Part shown: positions 8,968 to 19,744 of the stretch, in pieces
Layout: every line of letters begins with the position of its first letter
Position numbering within the stretch: position 1 is the stretch's first letter
Origin: Candidatus Omnitrophota bacterium
GTDB lineage: Bacteria; Omnitrophota; Gorgyraeia; Zapsychrales; Zapsychraceae
Direction of reading: 5' to 3'
DNA: 64,000 bases
Assembly: GCA_020429915.1 (NCBI GenBank)
Contig: JAGQKV010000018.1
Location: 5,770 to 69,769 of the forward strand
The notes under the pieces: generated by a model
What the model saw: only the letters and a program-made list of their open reading frames with translations
The model's database searches: none
What the model was told of the DNA's origin: nothing
Translations under genes and position numbers: made by a program

Positions 8968-11900
8968 GTGAGCAGACGATTTCAAACCAAACGCTCTAAA
9001 TGTTTCGGCAAAGTCAGGAATGATCACGGTTGTCAAATATTGTATCGCCATCTGTTCCGGGTGGGAATGTTGGCGATACTCTTCCTCATGCGCGGTTCCT
9101 GTGCGGCCGCTGATACGGTCATTACCAATATTCAGGAGTTGCAGGACATCAATCTTAATCCGGGAGGATCATACATTCTCGCCAATGATATCAACGCAGC
9201 CGAAACGGCGGATTGGAACAACGGGGAAGGTTTTGATCCCATTATGGATTTTAACGGAACGTTTGACGGGAAGGGTTATACAATCTATGGCTTGACCATT
9301 AACCGCCCCACCACGGACAAGGTCGGTTTATTCGGGGCCATCGTTAATGACGGACATGTCAGTGATGTTTCCCTTTATGGGGCAAATATCTCCGGTAACA
9401 ACAAGGTCGGCACGCTGGCCGGTTATCTCTTTTTGGCCGATGTCGCGGATATCGCGGTCCATCAAAGTCAGGTAAACGGCTCCCAGCGGGTCGGCGGGTT
9501 GGTCGGGGAAAGTTATAACGGGCACGGCATTACAGACGCACTGGTCGATGACGTTGGCGTGTCAGGCATCTCGGAAGTCGGGGGATTGGTGGGACGGACA
9601 TGGGATGGAACCATAAATACCATCCTGCGGGCCGCAGTCACGGCCGATGTCACGGCCATCAGTAATATGGCCGGCGGCATCGCGGGCTACACCAAAAGCA
9701 GCGACATCCTTGAGAGTTTTGCGGAGGGTTCGGTCTCCGGGAATATGGGCGTCGGTGGCATTGCCGGATATACGATCGAAAATGCCGGAATCCATAACTG
9801 TTACGCCGTCAACAGCGTTGCCGGCAACCAATATACGGGGGGAGTAGCGGGACTTTTTTATTCCTACCATGACGGCGTCAGCAACACATACTTTGCGGGA
9901 ACCGTTGACGGCAATAGTCCGGTTGGCGGATTTATCGGAGCCAAGTTTGCCGGGACATCGGTCGCAAACTACTGGGATACGGATCTGAATTCCGGTCTAA
10001 ACAGCGTCGGCAGCGGTAACGGCGCCGGCATTACCGGTAAGACCACGGCCGAATTGTCGCAATTGGCCACCTACCTTGGTTGGGATTTTGAAACGGTATG
10101 GCTGATCAACGGATCATATCCGCGGCTGCAATCACTGAACGATATACCCGGTGGCGGCGAAACCCCTTACTCGCCGGCAACACTTGCCATCCAACCGGGA
10201 ACCAATTTTCTGTCCAATCCGTCCGGAGTCCCGATTCACATTCAGGACGCGCGTTTACGCTTTCGGGCGACGGGCGGTACCAACTCCAATAATGCCGATA
10301 CATTACAAGTATATGATCCGGTACTGGGCGGGTTCCGGCTTTTCTTTTTCGTGAGCAATGCGGAATACATTCCCGAAGAATTTCGGCACAAGTGGTACGA
10401 TACCGGCAACGGTCAAATTGCGGACTATGTTCTAAATCCAGGGACAGGCTTTATCTACACAAACAAGGCGACGGAATCCTTCCCGTGGACGGAGTACCCC
10501 GTGACCGGTTTGCTGCGTTCGCGCACCAGCGTTCATTTGACTCCCAATTACAACCTGATCGCGCACCCTTACGGTGTCGCCGTGGATTTAAATGAGACGC
10601 GGCTGACCGAGATTGCCGAGCCAGGTGATCATGTCTATATCGATGACAACGGACTCCTGCGTTATGACTGGGTTACCGGCTCGGGTGATCCAGAGCTCGA
10701 TAATCATTTTGTGGCGGAAGGCACCTCCGAAGTATCTCCGATTCCGTTGAAGGCGGGGGAGGGTTTTTACTTCTTTAACGCCGCCACCGAAACCAAGATT
10801 TGGCGGGTAATGAATCCCAACTTCCGGCGTATAGCTGTCAGCGGAATCGAACCCGGACCGGACAATTTCCTGTCCAATCCGATGGACAAACCGATTAATA
10901 TTCAGAAAGCAGCCTTTACGGAAAACGCCGTCGGTAATATCGACGCCTACCTGGCCGACAATATTTCCGTTTTCAATTCGGCGAGCGGACTTACGGAATA
11001 CCTCTACTTCATCGGAGAAGATCCGACCGTACCTGAAGAGTACCAGAATAAGTGGTTCGATCCGGTCCAAATGAAACCATCCGAGGTGCTTTTACAACCG
11101 GGAGAGACCTTCACCTACGACAGTAAAGCGGCCGACAGCAGGGTTTGGGTTGAGGGGGCAAGTACATCAACGCCCGTCGCGGTGTATGTGGAAATTGTGA
11201 ACGGTTTCAATAATATATCCAACCCCTTAAGCGTTCCCATTCACCTGCAAAGTGCCGGCATCCAGAATCCGGTCTATTCTTCTAACTGCGCCCTTGCTGA
11301 CCGAGTCGTTGTTGATGGACAGCCGTCATTTTATTGCCATTTAACCGGTAATCCGCTTTCCTGGAGCCTGAATCTGCTATTGGAACCGGGCGCGGGTATA
11401 TCTTATCTTCGTCAGGGGGGAGATACCTGGTGGCAAGAAAAGTTACTGGCCGGAAGCAAGAGTCGCATCGACGGTAACCAGCTGAAGATTCAACGCCGTC
11501 TCTCCAACGGGGCATTGGGTCAGGAAGAGGTGTTTACCATAAAAGGAGTCAATTACTCACCCGTCGACATAAACGAAACGGTATCAAGTTACGAAGAGCA
11601 TCGTACGCACATGACCTTTGACAATGACAAGATAGAATCAGACTTTCAGTCAATGCTGGACATGGGCGTAAACACCATCCGGACCTACGTGGATCCCGGA
11701 CTGGATGTTGAGGCCTGGAAGGACTTCATGGATAAAGCCTATGAATACGGATTGATGGTATTGATCAATGTCCGGACGTCCGACTTCGGTTCGTTTTCCT
11801 TTGCCACCCCGCACGTATGCCCGGCGCCGACCCAGTTTGAATACTCGAAGGTCGTCGGACACTTTAAAGATCATCCCGCACTGTTAGGTTGGATGATCGG

Positions 11901-13200
11901 AAACGAATGGAATATCAATCTGGAAAACAATGTCGTTAAGCCGTTCTATTGCTACAACAGTGTTCATGATGCAGCCGAAGGGGTCGAACGCACGGCAGCA
12001 GGTTACTTATCGTGGACTCAGGGTATTAAGGAACTGGACCCGGATCACATTGTCGCATCATCTTTGGGTTTCATTCAAACATACCAGATGAACGGCGGGT
12101 ACATTGATCTGTTTACTCCGGAGGATGAGGTCAATTTCGGTGAATTCGCGGACATCTTCGCTACCGCTCCGAGTGTGGACCTGTGGGCCTTCAATCTGTA
12201 TCGAGGAAATAGTTTCAACACATTCTTCGCACAATGGAAACGCGCATTTCCCAATAAACCGATCCTCATTACCGAGTTCGGCACTGACGCCTATGACCAT
12301 GTTGCGGGATCTGTCAACCCACAGCAACAGGCCGATACTTACCGGGCGCTATGGAGAGAAATCATCCGCAATGCCTCAGCCATAGATCCGGACAGGCAGG
12401 TTGTCGGCGGCTTTGCCTTCGAATGGAATGACGAGTGGTGGAAGGCAGGCAATCCGGCCAATCACGATGCCAGCGGGTTCCAGTTGAAGGTATGCTATGG
12501 TAATCAGGTCCCCGGCGGGACCGCCCCAACCGTGTGTTTTTACGGTCATCCAGACGATGGGCATTCCAATGAGGAATATTACGGTCTGCTGGATACTGTC
12601 CGCAATCCGCGCGACGCCTACGCCACGATGATGACCGAGTATCAAAGTTCACTCATACCCTCTGAAAACGTATTGCTGGGAGCCCGCAGCCAGACCGGTA
12701 TCGGCGGCCAGGGATCCGAGTTGTCTTATGCTGCCTTCTTTAAGAACGGTGCCCCCCTGGCACTGCGTTATGCAACCGAGGGAGGCACACCGGCGGCACG
12801 CGGGTACAATGTAATGGTCGTCGACGGTAATACCGGCACACCAAAAGACCTGCGCACATTCGACATGTGGCCTGCGGGTGTGGCCGTTCCGCAATGCACC
12901 GAATTCGAAAATTACGCGATGGACCCGGGCAACTTTTCGCCGGGAGACATCGTCCTGGTAGCTGTTGCCGATACAGGGACACCGATCAATGTCCCCTTCC
13001 AGGACTGTCAGGATGCGCTGGTTAAACTGGGAAGCACGGACAACCTGGCGACACTCGGCGGCAATAAACCGTACGTTCTCATCTCTCAAATGAATGCGAC
13101 GGGCAACGCGACAAAATGTATCGAGGAAATTGGGACGCAGTCGAACACAATCATCGACGAGAACTGTACTGTGTCGCTGCCTGAAGTAGTTCTGCCATAA
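8968..13200 (+). CDS. secreted GLUG-repeat protein with three ~170-aa novel repeats and a clan GH-A (TIM-barrel) glycoside hydrolase domain; C-terminal ~180-aa domain of unknown type
   Basis: GTG start (alternative ATG at 9067 just before the hydrophobic signal MLAILFLMRGSCAAA). GLUG-type N-terminus (FDGKGYTIYGLTI...VGLFG, repeated VGGLVG/VGGIAG). Repeats begin NFLSNPSGVPIHIQ, NFLSNPMDKPINIQ and NNISNPLSVPIHLQ. Hydrolase motifs GVNYSP, MIGNEWN and ILITEFGTDAYD. Confidence 0.8.
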   Translation: MSRRFQTKRSKCFGKVRNDHGCQILYRHLFRVGMLAILFLMRGSCAAADTVITNIQELQDINLNPGGSYILANDINAAETADWNNGEGFDPIMDFNGTFDGKGYTIYGLTINRPTTDKVGLFGAIVNDGHVSDVSLYGANISGNNKVGTLAGYLFLADVADIAVHQSQVNGSQRVGGLVGESYNGHGITDALVDDVGVSGISEVGGLVGRTWDGTINTILRAAVTADVTAISNMAGGIAGYTKSSDILESFAEGSVSGNMGVGGIAGYTIENAGIHNCYAVNSVAGNQYTGGVAGLFYSYHDGVSNTYFAGTVDGNSPVGGFIGAKFAGTSVANYWDTDLNSGLNSVGSGNGAGITGKTTAELSQLATYLGWDFETVWLINGSYPRLQSLNDIPGGGETPYSPATLAIQPGTNFLSNPSGVPIHIQDARLRFRATGGTNSNNADTLQVYDPVLGGFRLFFFVSNAEYIPEEFRHKWYDTGNGQIADYVLNPGTGFIYTNKATESFPWTEYPVTGLLRSRTSVHLTPNYNLIAHPYGVAVDLNETRLTEIAEPGDHVYIDDNGLLRYDWVTGSGDPELDNHFVAEGTSEVSPIPLKAGEGFYFFNAATETKIWRVMNPNFRRIAVSGIEPGPDNFLSNPMDKPINIQKAAFTENAVGNIDAYLADNISVFNSASGLTEYLYFIGEDPTVPEEYQNKWFDPVQMKPSEVLLQPGETFTYDSKAADSRVWVEGASTSTPVAVYVEIVNGFNNISNPLSVPIHLQSAGIQNPVYSSNCALADRVVVDGQPSFYCHLTGNPLSWSLNLLLEPGAGISYLRQGGDTWWQEKLLAGSKSRIDGNQLKIQRRLSNGALGQEEVFTIKGVNYSPVDINETVSSYEEHRTHMTFDNDKIESDFQSMLDMGVNTIRTYVDPGLDVEAWKDFMDKAYEYGLMVLINVRTSDFGSFSFATPHVCPAPTQFEYSKVVGHFKDHPALLGWMIGNEWNINLENNVVKPFYCYNSVHDAAEGVERTAAGYLSWTQGIKELDPDHIVASSLGFIQTYQMNGGYIDLFTPEDEVNFGEFADIFATAPSVDLWAFNLYRGNSFNTFFAQWKRAFPNKPILITEFGTDAYDHVAGSVNPQQQADTYRALWREIIRNASAIDPDRQVVGGFAFEWNDEWWKAGNPANHDASGFQLKVCYGNQVPGGTAPTVCFYGHPDDGHSNEEYYGLLDTVRNPRDAYATMMTEYQSSLIPSENVLLGARSQTGIGGQGSELSYAAFFKNGAPLALRYATEGGTPAARGYNVMVVDGNTGTPKDLRTFDMWPAGVAVPQCTEFENYAMDPGNFSPGDIVLVAVADTGTPINVPFQDCQDALVKLGSTDNLATLGGNKPYVLISQMNATGNATKCIEEIGTQSNTIIDENCTVSLPEVVLP

Positions 13201-13206
13201 TAATCC

Positions 13207-13236
13207 GGGGCAGCGCCCTCAATTGGGCGCTGCCCC
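13207..13236 (+). terminator. GC-rich hairpin (12-bp perfect stem, 6-nt loop) 7 nt after the stop codon; weak U-tract
   Basis: ggggcagcgccc-tcaatt-gggcgctgcccc. Confidence 0.5.
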
Positions 13237-13467
13237 ACAATTTGCACTACGGCTCGACAACTTGACTATTGAGATGCCGGAGCATACAATTCAATTAAAA
13301 TTCATGAATAGTAAGTCAGGCAGCTACACGCGCTACATGAACACAAATGCAAGTAATACAACTCACCCGGCCGACAGTTGGCTTTCATGTTAACGCCACG
13401 GGTAAGAATCTTAACGCTATTCGAAATCTACTTCTACAAAACCAAATTAACCGGAGTCATTTAACTC

Positions 13468-13740
13468 ATGAATGAAGAAGCGAAACCTCGCCAATCCGAA
13501 AATAAAGAAAAACTCCCCACCTCCGCCTACATCATGTGCGGCTGGCCGCTGGTGCTGGTTTTTGTGGGCGGGGCGCTCGGCGGGGGATTGGGAGGAGCGG
13601 CCTTCGCGATCAACTTCGAGATCTACAAATCCAGACTCCCGGTTGCGGTCAAGGTCATCCTCAACATCCTCACCGGCCTGTCCGCCGTCATCCTGTGGCT
13701 GGTCATTGGTACGTATATTCACGCGAAATTTAGCGGTTAG
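13468..13740 (+). CDS. small two-TM membrane protein, hypothetical
   Basis: Two hydrophobic helices with a Gly-rich stretch. GGAG lies 11 nt upstream. It sits in an AT-rich intergenic zone, so the call is weak. Confidence 0.35.
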   Translation: MNEEAKPRQSENKEKLPTSAYIMCGWPLVLVFVGGALGGGLGGAAFAINFEIYKSRLPVAVKVILNILTGLSAVILWLVIGTYIHAKFSG

Positions 13741-13844
13741 CGGACAATGTCTGGTGAACCGTAGGGGAACAGGGGAAAAACTTCCCGGCAGAAACTAACC
13801 GCCAACCGACCGAATTCGTACCCCTTGACCAACTCATTCGCGAC

Positions 13845-13873
13845 TTGACGCGTACTTCTATATTACATATACT
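13845..13873 (+). promoter_or_regulatory. sigma-70-like promoter candidate for the giant gene (-35 TTGACG, 17-bp spacer, -10 TATACT)
   Basis: Hexamers read directly. GGAGG RBS at 13937-13941 precedes the ATG at 13951. Confidence 0.4.
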
Positions 13874-13950
13874 ATTGATAGCGCGGCAACGCGCCTTTCC
13901 CATTCCCCATACAATCGTGACGGTCAACCGGCACCCGGAGGATTTGGCCG

Positions 13951-16900
13951 ATGTTCACGCAAATCCATAACAGGTCAGTACTTACAAAATATTATCAACG
14001 CCTGTCGCTGGCCGTGACCGTCCTGTTTACGGTCATGAGCCTGACCGTCCCCGGCACCGCCGCGGCGCAAAATCTGCCGACCACCAATATCGAATTACCC
14101 ATCCCCGGGGTCATGGTCCCGGCATCGAAAGATTACACCCCGGCCCTGATCCGCGGGCTGCGCGTTTATCCCGACAATCCGCTGATGTTCGATTTCGTCA
14201 TCGACAAGGGGGAGGATCTCCTCGACGGCGATGAACTGCAAACCACCTCGCAACGCCTGATCAAGTATTTCCTGGCCAGCCTCACCATCCCCGAAGACAA
14301 GATGTGGGTCAACCTGTCCCCGTATGAAAAGGACCGTATTATTTCTCCGGAACTGGAGGTCACGGCGATGGGCCGCGACCTGTTGGGCATGGACTACATG
14401 CTCAAACAGCTCACGGCGTCGTTGATGTACCCGGAGGACAAACTCGGCCGGGATTTCTGGGACCGCGTCAAGAAGAAAGCCATGCAGGAATACGGCACCA
14501 GCGACATCCCGATGAATGCCTTCAACAAAATCTGGGTGATCCCGGCCGCGGCCACGGTGTTCGAGCTGGACGGAACCGCCTATGTCGTCGAAAGCCGGCT
14601 GAAGGTGATGCTGGAGGAAGATTATTTCGCGCTGGCCAAACACGGCGAGCGGCCCCGCTTCATGTCGGAACGCGACGAGAAGGTCGTCAGCGGGATTACC
14701 TCCGGCGTGGTCCGCGATATCCTCATTCCGGAGATCGAAAAAGAGATCAATCAAGGCCGCCACTTCGCCAAACTCCGGCAAATCTACGACGCGATGGTCC
14801 TGGCGACCTGGTACAAACAGAACCTGCGCGACAGTTTGCTCGGTCAGGTCTATGTTGACCGGGCCCGGATGAAAGGGATCGACGAAATCAACGAGGCGAT
14901 GAAAGACCGCATCTACCAGCAATATCTCGATGCCTTTAAAGTCGGCGTCTACAATTATGTGAGGGAAGACTACGACGCCTCCCTGGACACAATGATCCCA
15001 CGCAAGTTTTTCTCGGGAGGGGCCTCGATGAACGTGTCCGCCGTTTTTCGCGCGCAGACCGCCGTCGCCGAGCTCGACCTTGATCAATTCGTCCGCTTTC
15101 TGACCCTGCTGGATTCGGGCCGCCTGAGCGATCCCAGCCGCCAACAGATCATCGCCCGTATTCAGGCCATGGAGGCCGCGGACCGGGACCGCATTCAGGA
15201 ATTGATCCAACGAAGGCCCATACCGGACGCGGGCATCGCGCGCATTGTGGAGGTCCAGATTTCGCTGCTCGAAAACGCCCCGACCGAACTCCGGGAGTTG
15301 GCCGACGCCGCCGTGCTGGGCGAACAGCCCGAGGCGCAATCCATACAAACCGTTACGCTGGACAACCGCCAATTGCGCCCGGAACAGGTGCTGGCCACGG
15401 TCGCCGAGGTCCGCCGGATGCTCGACGGGGCCGCTCCGGTGATCGATGTCCCGATGTACCCGATGCCGAACCAGAGCCGGCCGAAACTGCTGCTCGCCGC
15501 GATCCGGGAAGGCAAGGGAGACAATCCCATCCTCAACGCGCGCTGGCGCGACTACGAGGCCATCATGAACGCCTTGTGGGACGCAGCCGGAATCTTCGTG
15601 TACAAGGATTTCACCGGATCGGATTTTGAAGGAACTCCGGTCGAACGCAATTTTGCATTAGGCGACGTCGGGGGCAAGATCGCAGCACCCGCGGAAATGG
15701 GCACCGCGTTTTACGTCGACCTGCCGCAGGACCCCGAGGCTGTCGATGATCTGATCAGCCGCATCAATATCGCCCTGGATTCGTTCGAGGCCGAAGCGCG
15801 CGCAGTCTTCGACCAGAATCTGGCGGAACTGATGAGCCCGCAAACGGAGGGACAGGTGGTCGTCCTGTCGAATATCGATTTTGACACCGACGCGCTGGCC
15901 GTGGCACGTTTCCTGACTTCGGGGCGGGCGAATGTACTTGGGCTGATGGGACCGGCCAACCTGCCGTCGCTGGGATTTGTCGACGGCGAACGCCCCAAGG
16001 CGATCGGATTTACGCGCGCTCAGCTGGAGTCCGTGGGGATCAACGTACCCGAATCCGGCGTCATCGATTCGGATCAGCTCGCGCAGGTCGATCTGGAACC
16101 GATCCAGGAATCCATCCGCCGACTGGAGGAGCAAGAGGTCGGCAACATCAATTACACGCGCACGCGCGCCCTGGGCGAAATCATCACGGCGCTGAATCCC
16201 CGCCTCAATGAGCAAAGTCCGCTGACCGTTCAAATGGCGGAAGCCACCCAGCGCTTCATGCAGCCGTCGTACGGCTTTACCGGACCGGAAGATGTCTCAC
16301 CGGTCTTTCCGATCCTCGATATCCGCATCCGTGACGCCGTCGGTGCCGAGCGGACTATTTGGGTCCACCGCCGTTCGCCGGTGCTGACCGATGAGGTGGA
16401 GATCCTGGGGATCGGTCCGCAAACCGAGCGGGTCTGGCGCAGTATCGTCGAGAATGCCGCGGGAGTTATCGTGATCGGCGACACCGCCGGACTGGAAGGC
16501 GTCCTGGGCACAACGCCCGCGGGACAGCCCCGCATTCAAATCGCCTCCCGCGACGTCACCACACTTCAGGAGCTGAGCCGCGACACGTACTGGCGCGACC
16601 TGAGCAACCGTCTGCCCACATCCGGCAGCCTCAATGAGCTGGCCGCCCTGGCGGCCGACCCGGTGGAAATCGCCTCGACGGATGAGCAGTTTCAAATTCT
16701 TGACCCGCGCGGCGACCTCGCTTACGCAGGGGTGAAAGTTTATGTCGTTGATAACCTGTTGCAAGGCGTATTACGTATCGCCGAAGAGCAGGGGGTGCAG
16801 CTGGGACCGGACATGCTGTTGCATCCGGGTATCGTCGGCAAGGCCCTGTACTTTTCCCCGCAGGCTATTGAAATCATCTCCAGCCAGCCGCCTGAATACC

Positions 16901-19473
16901 GGGCGGCGCTGGTGCGTCACCACTTGGCGCACGTCCGGCGCCCCGAGCTGAGCGAGTCACAAATTAACACCATCGCGCCGCTGCCCCGCCTGCGCAATCC
17001 GCAACAGCTGAACCTCGGCGACGGCGTTCGTCCGCCGGCCGCCGTGACCGTGGCGCCGCAGGCTGTCGTCAACCAGGCGATCGAACGCCTCGACGCGCAA
17101 TTCGGTTTGGAAGCGTACGGATCGAATTACCTGTCACCGGAGTCGGAGCGTTACGCCGACATCGACCCGAGCGGTATCCTGCGCAACGGCAGGGTGGATG
17201 TCTTCGTCGTCCCTGATCTGATTAAAACGACCCTGGCCGTGGCCGACGAACTGGGTGTCGAGATGTCGTTGGAAGACCTGATTCAGCCGGCGCGCTCGGG
17301 CAACCGTTTGTACGTCGATCCCCTTGCCCTGGATGTCTTTTCCAGCCAGAGTTACGCCTACCGCCAGGAACTGGCCGCACACCACATGTTGCAGGTCAAT
17401 GTTCGGGAACTGATCCGCGCCGGAGAACTCGAGTACGCCGATGTGCCGCGTATCGTCCCGCTGCCGCAGCTGGAGGAAGCCTCACTGTTCGTCCCCAAGG
17501 CAATCGACCGGCTCCGCGGGTTGGAGGGAGAGTACCTGCCGGACGTTTACCAAGAACTGATGCAGATCGCCCTGCTTGAACTCGACGATGCCGCGCAGAC
17601 GATCCTCCGTCAGCAGCGCATCGATCCGAACAGCGCCACCTACCGGCGCCTGGATCCGGACGGAACCCTGGCCGCCCGCAATGTCACCATCTTTCAACTG
17701 GCGGGGCTCACCGAACGCGTCCAGCAGCTCGCGGCTGAACGGAACCTGGACATCCCGCTGGAGTATCTGCTGCAACCGGCCACGCTGCGGGGTAATCTCT
17801 ATTTTGATCCTTCCGCCGTCGAGATCATCACCGGCCAGGGTCGCGAATTTCGCAGCGCCCTGAGCACACGTCTGAACCGGCGTGCGACGCAACCGGACAG
17901 CAGCGCGGAGGAAATCGATACGCAGGCGCCGGTCCCCAGTCTCGACAGCCCCTCCGTAGCACAGACCGCCGGGGTAACGGCTCCGTCGCTGCCGCGTATC
18001 CGCCAGGGCATCACCGTACCCCAGGAAGAACTGATCAACACCGCCGTCTTCGACATCCGGTCTAGTCTTGAGACAGCGGAGTTTCTCTCCCTGCAACGGG
18101 AGATCGAACCCGGCACCTCCCGTTATGCGCGGCTCGACCCGGAAGGTATCCTTGCGCAGGCCGGTGTCCCTATTTTCGTTCTGCCCGGCCTGATGGACAG
18201 GGTGAACGAACTGGCCTATGCCAACAATCTCGACGCCAGCTTGGAGGTGATTATGCATCCGGGGGTTCTTGACGGTGCATTGTATCTCGATCCGGCCACG
18301 TTGTCCGCCATCCTGGCGCAAAGCCGCGAACACCGGACACAGCTTGCCCGGCATCAGCTCCTGCACCTCCAACAGCCGGACTTAAGTGAAGACCGTGTTG
18401 CCGAGACCGCCCCGTTGCCGCAGATGATCCTGCCGGCGGCAAATGCGCAACGCCGTTCACTACTGGCAGGTCTTCAGGAAAAACTGAGCCGCTACGGTGA
18501 ACAGGGATTGGTGTATCTTAATGAAATGCTTACCCAAAGCCAGTTATTCCCGGTCCAGGGCGAGGGTCAGGACGCAAATCTTGTGCTCATGGCCGGACCT
18601 GAAATCAACATTCCCGAGCGGCGCGCCGAAAGAAGGGAATTCCTGCGTGACGTCATCCTGGGCACCCTGCAGGAAATCAATCCGGTCCTCTCACAATACC
18701 TGGATATTACCGTCGGGACGGTCACGCGCCGGCGTACCGGTGAACGGATGCGCGCGCTGACGCTGAAGTTTAAAAATAGCCCGGCCATGCTGCAAAAACT
18801 AAAGGGGTACTTCTACCGACGTTTCAGTCGGCGGGAAGCGACCGCGGCGAATACTGTCTTGCAGCGTTTGTTCGACGCGGACATGGTGCGCACCATGCGC
18901 CGGCTCGAAAACGACCTGCGCTACGCCATCGGCGCGATGTACTCGCTGCAACAGGTCCTGCCGAGTTTTGCGCGGCGCTTTCCGCTGCGGCCGATCCAGC
19001 AGGGAGTGGCGCTGGCCGGTCCGGAATCCACCATCGTCACGCCGTACATCCTGGTGCAGCCCGAGACCGAGGGACAGTCGTCGCTGGTGGCCTTTGTATC
19101 CGGGCGTCAGATCATCATCCGTTCCGGCCGGATCGCGCGCACCGGAACCGGGCTCCTGCCGTTCCGCCGGCAACAGGATGTCATCATCCTCGATGAAAAT
19201 CCTCAAGTCGACATCCGCCAACCGCTGGGCGCGGACCTCAGACTCAGCGACGCGGCCCTGCTGGCGATCGACCGCGCCCTGGAACCGGATGTGCCGGTCG
19301 GTGGTATCGACCTCGACGCCGGCCTGCTCGACCTGCAGATCAAACGCGACGGCACCGGAATTCCGTTGCCGATCCAGCAGCAACCGATCGAGAATATGAA
19401 CATCGGCGGTTTCACTCCGCTGATCATCAAAATCACACCGCTGACCACCGGCCCGGCGCTGTTGAACCTGTAA
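13951..19473 (+). CDS. giant (1840 aa) secreted protein of unknown function with four tandem ~160-aa repeats (about nt 16690-18430)
   Basis: Signal peptide LAVTVLFTVMSLTVPGTAAAQ. Each repeat starts [RY]xxLDPxG.L..xGV.VFV.P.L and ends ...APLPQ/APLPRL/APVPSL. No catalytic or binding motif recognised. Confidence 0.8.
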   Translation: MFTQIHNRSVLTKYYQRLSLAVTVLFTVMSLTVPGTAAAQNLPTTNIELPIPGVMVPASKDYTPALIRGLRVYPDNPLMFDFVIDKGEDLLDGDELQTTSQRLIKYFLASLTIPEDKMWVNLSPYEKDRIISPELEVTAMGRDLLGMDYMLKQLTASLMYPEDKLGRDFWDRVKKKAMQEYGTSDIPMNAFNKIWVIPAAATVFELDGTAYVVESRLKVMLEEDYFALAKHGERPRFMSERDEKVVSGITSGVVRDILIPEIEKEINQGRHFAKLRQIYDAMVLATWYKQNLRDSLLGQVYVDRARMKGIDEINEAMKDRIYQQYLDAFKVGVYNYVREDYDASLDTMIPRKFFSGGASMNVSAVFRAQTAVAELDLDQFVRFLTLLDSGRLSDPSRQQIIARIQAMEAADRDRIQELIQRRPIPDAGIARIVEVQISLLENAPTELRELADAAVLGEQPEAQSIQTVTLDNRQLRPEQVLATVAEVRRMLDGAAPVIDVPMYPMPNQSRPKLLLAAIREGKGDNPILNARWRDYEAIMNALWDAAGIFVYKDFTGSDFEGTPVERNFALGDVGGKIAAPAEMGTAFYVDLPQDPEAVDDLISRINIALDSFEAEARAVFDQNLAELMSPQTEGQVVVLSNIDFDTDALAVARFLTSGRANVLGLMGPANLPSLGFVDGERPKAIGFTRAQLESVGINVPESGVIDSDQLAQVDLEPIQESIRRLEEQEVGNINYTRTRALGEIITALNPRLNEQSPLTVQMAEATQRFMQPSYGFTGPEDVSPVFPILDIRIRDAVGAERTIWVHRRSPVLTDEVEILGIGPQTERVWRSIVENAAGVIVIGDTAGLEGVLGTTPAGQPRIQIASRDVTTLQELSRDTYWRDLSNRLPTSGSLNELAALAADPVEIASTDEQFQILDPRGDLAYAGVKVYVVDNLLQGVLRIAEEQGVQLGPDMLLHPGIVGKALYFSPQAIEIISSQPPEYRAALVRHHLAHVRRPELSESQINTIAPLPRLRNPQQLNLGDGVRPPAAVTVAPQAVVNQAIERLDAQFGLEAYGSNYLSPESERYADIDPSGILRNGRVDVFVVPDLIKTTLAVADELGVEMSLEDLIQPARSGNRLYVDPLALDVFSSQSYAYRQELAAHHMLQVNVRELIRAGELEYADVPRIVPLPQLEEASLFVPKAIDRLRGLEGEYLPDVYQELMQIALLELDDAAQTILRQQRIDPNSATYRRLDPDGTLAARNVTIFQLAGLTERVQQLAAERNLDIPLEYLLQPATLRGNLYFDPSAVEIITGQGREFRSALSTRLNRRATQPDSSAEEIDTQAPVPSLDSPSVAQTAGVTAPSLPRIRQGITVPQEELINTAVFDIRSSLETAEFLSLQREIEPGTSRYARLDPEGILAQAGVPIFVLPGLMDRVNELAYANNLDASLEVIMHPGVLDGALYLDPATLSAILAQSREHRTQLARHQLLHLQQPDLSEDRVAETAPLPQMILPAANAQRRSLLAGLQEKLSRYGEQGLVYLNEMLTQSQLFPVQGEGQDANLVLMAGPEINIPERRAERREFLRDVILGTLQEINPVLSQYLDITVGTVTRRRTGERMRALTLKFKNSPAMLQKLKGYFYRRFSRREATAANTVLQRLFDADMVRTMRRLENDLRYAIGAMYSLQQVLPSFARRFPLRPIQQGVALAGPESTIVTPYILVQPETEGQSSLVAFVSGRQIIIRSGRIARTGTGLLPFRRQQDVIILDENPQVDIRQPLGADLRLSDAALLAIDRALEPDVPVGGIDLDAGLLDLQIKRDGTGIPLPIQQQPIENMNIGGFTPLIIKITPLTTGPALLNL

Positions 19474-19744
19474 ATAGGTCAACCGATTCTTGACGCGCTC
19501 CGGCATGCCCCTTATACTGACAGGGTAACGCAGATCATCACCGTCGACCAGAACAAATGTCGCGCATCGATCTCTTGCCCGATATGGCTCATAAATCCGC
19601 CATCCCAATAATTCCGGCCGTTGACCGGGGCCCCTCAGGCACCGCTCCCGTCAACAGCCGCCGCCCCGACGATTCACTCCCGAAAAAAACGCTGACGACC
19701 GCCGGTGACGATGTCGCAAAACAGACCGCCGTGGGGAACTTCGT

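Noticed and set aside
14095-15372. 425-aa minus-strand ORF (also 15658-16233, 16297-16764, 17482-18372, 18799-19608)
   Set aside because: All are antisense shadow ORFs inside the 1840-aa gene. Low-complexity R/G/A/V/H composition, no signal sequences and no RBS.
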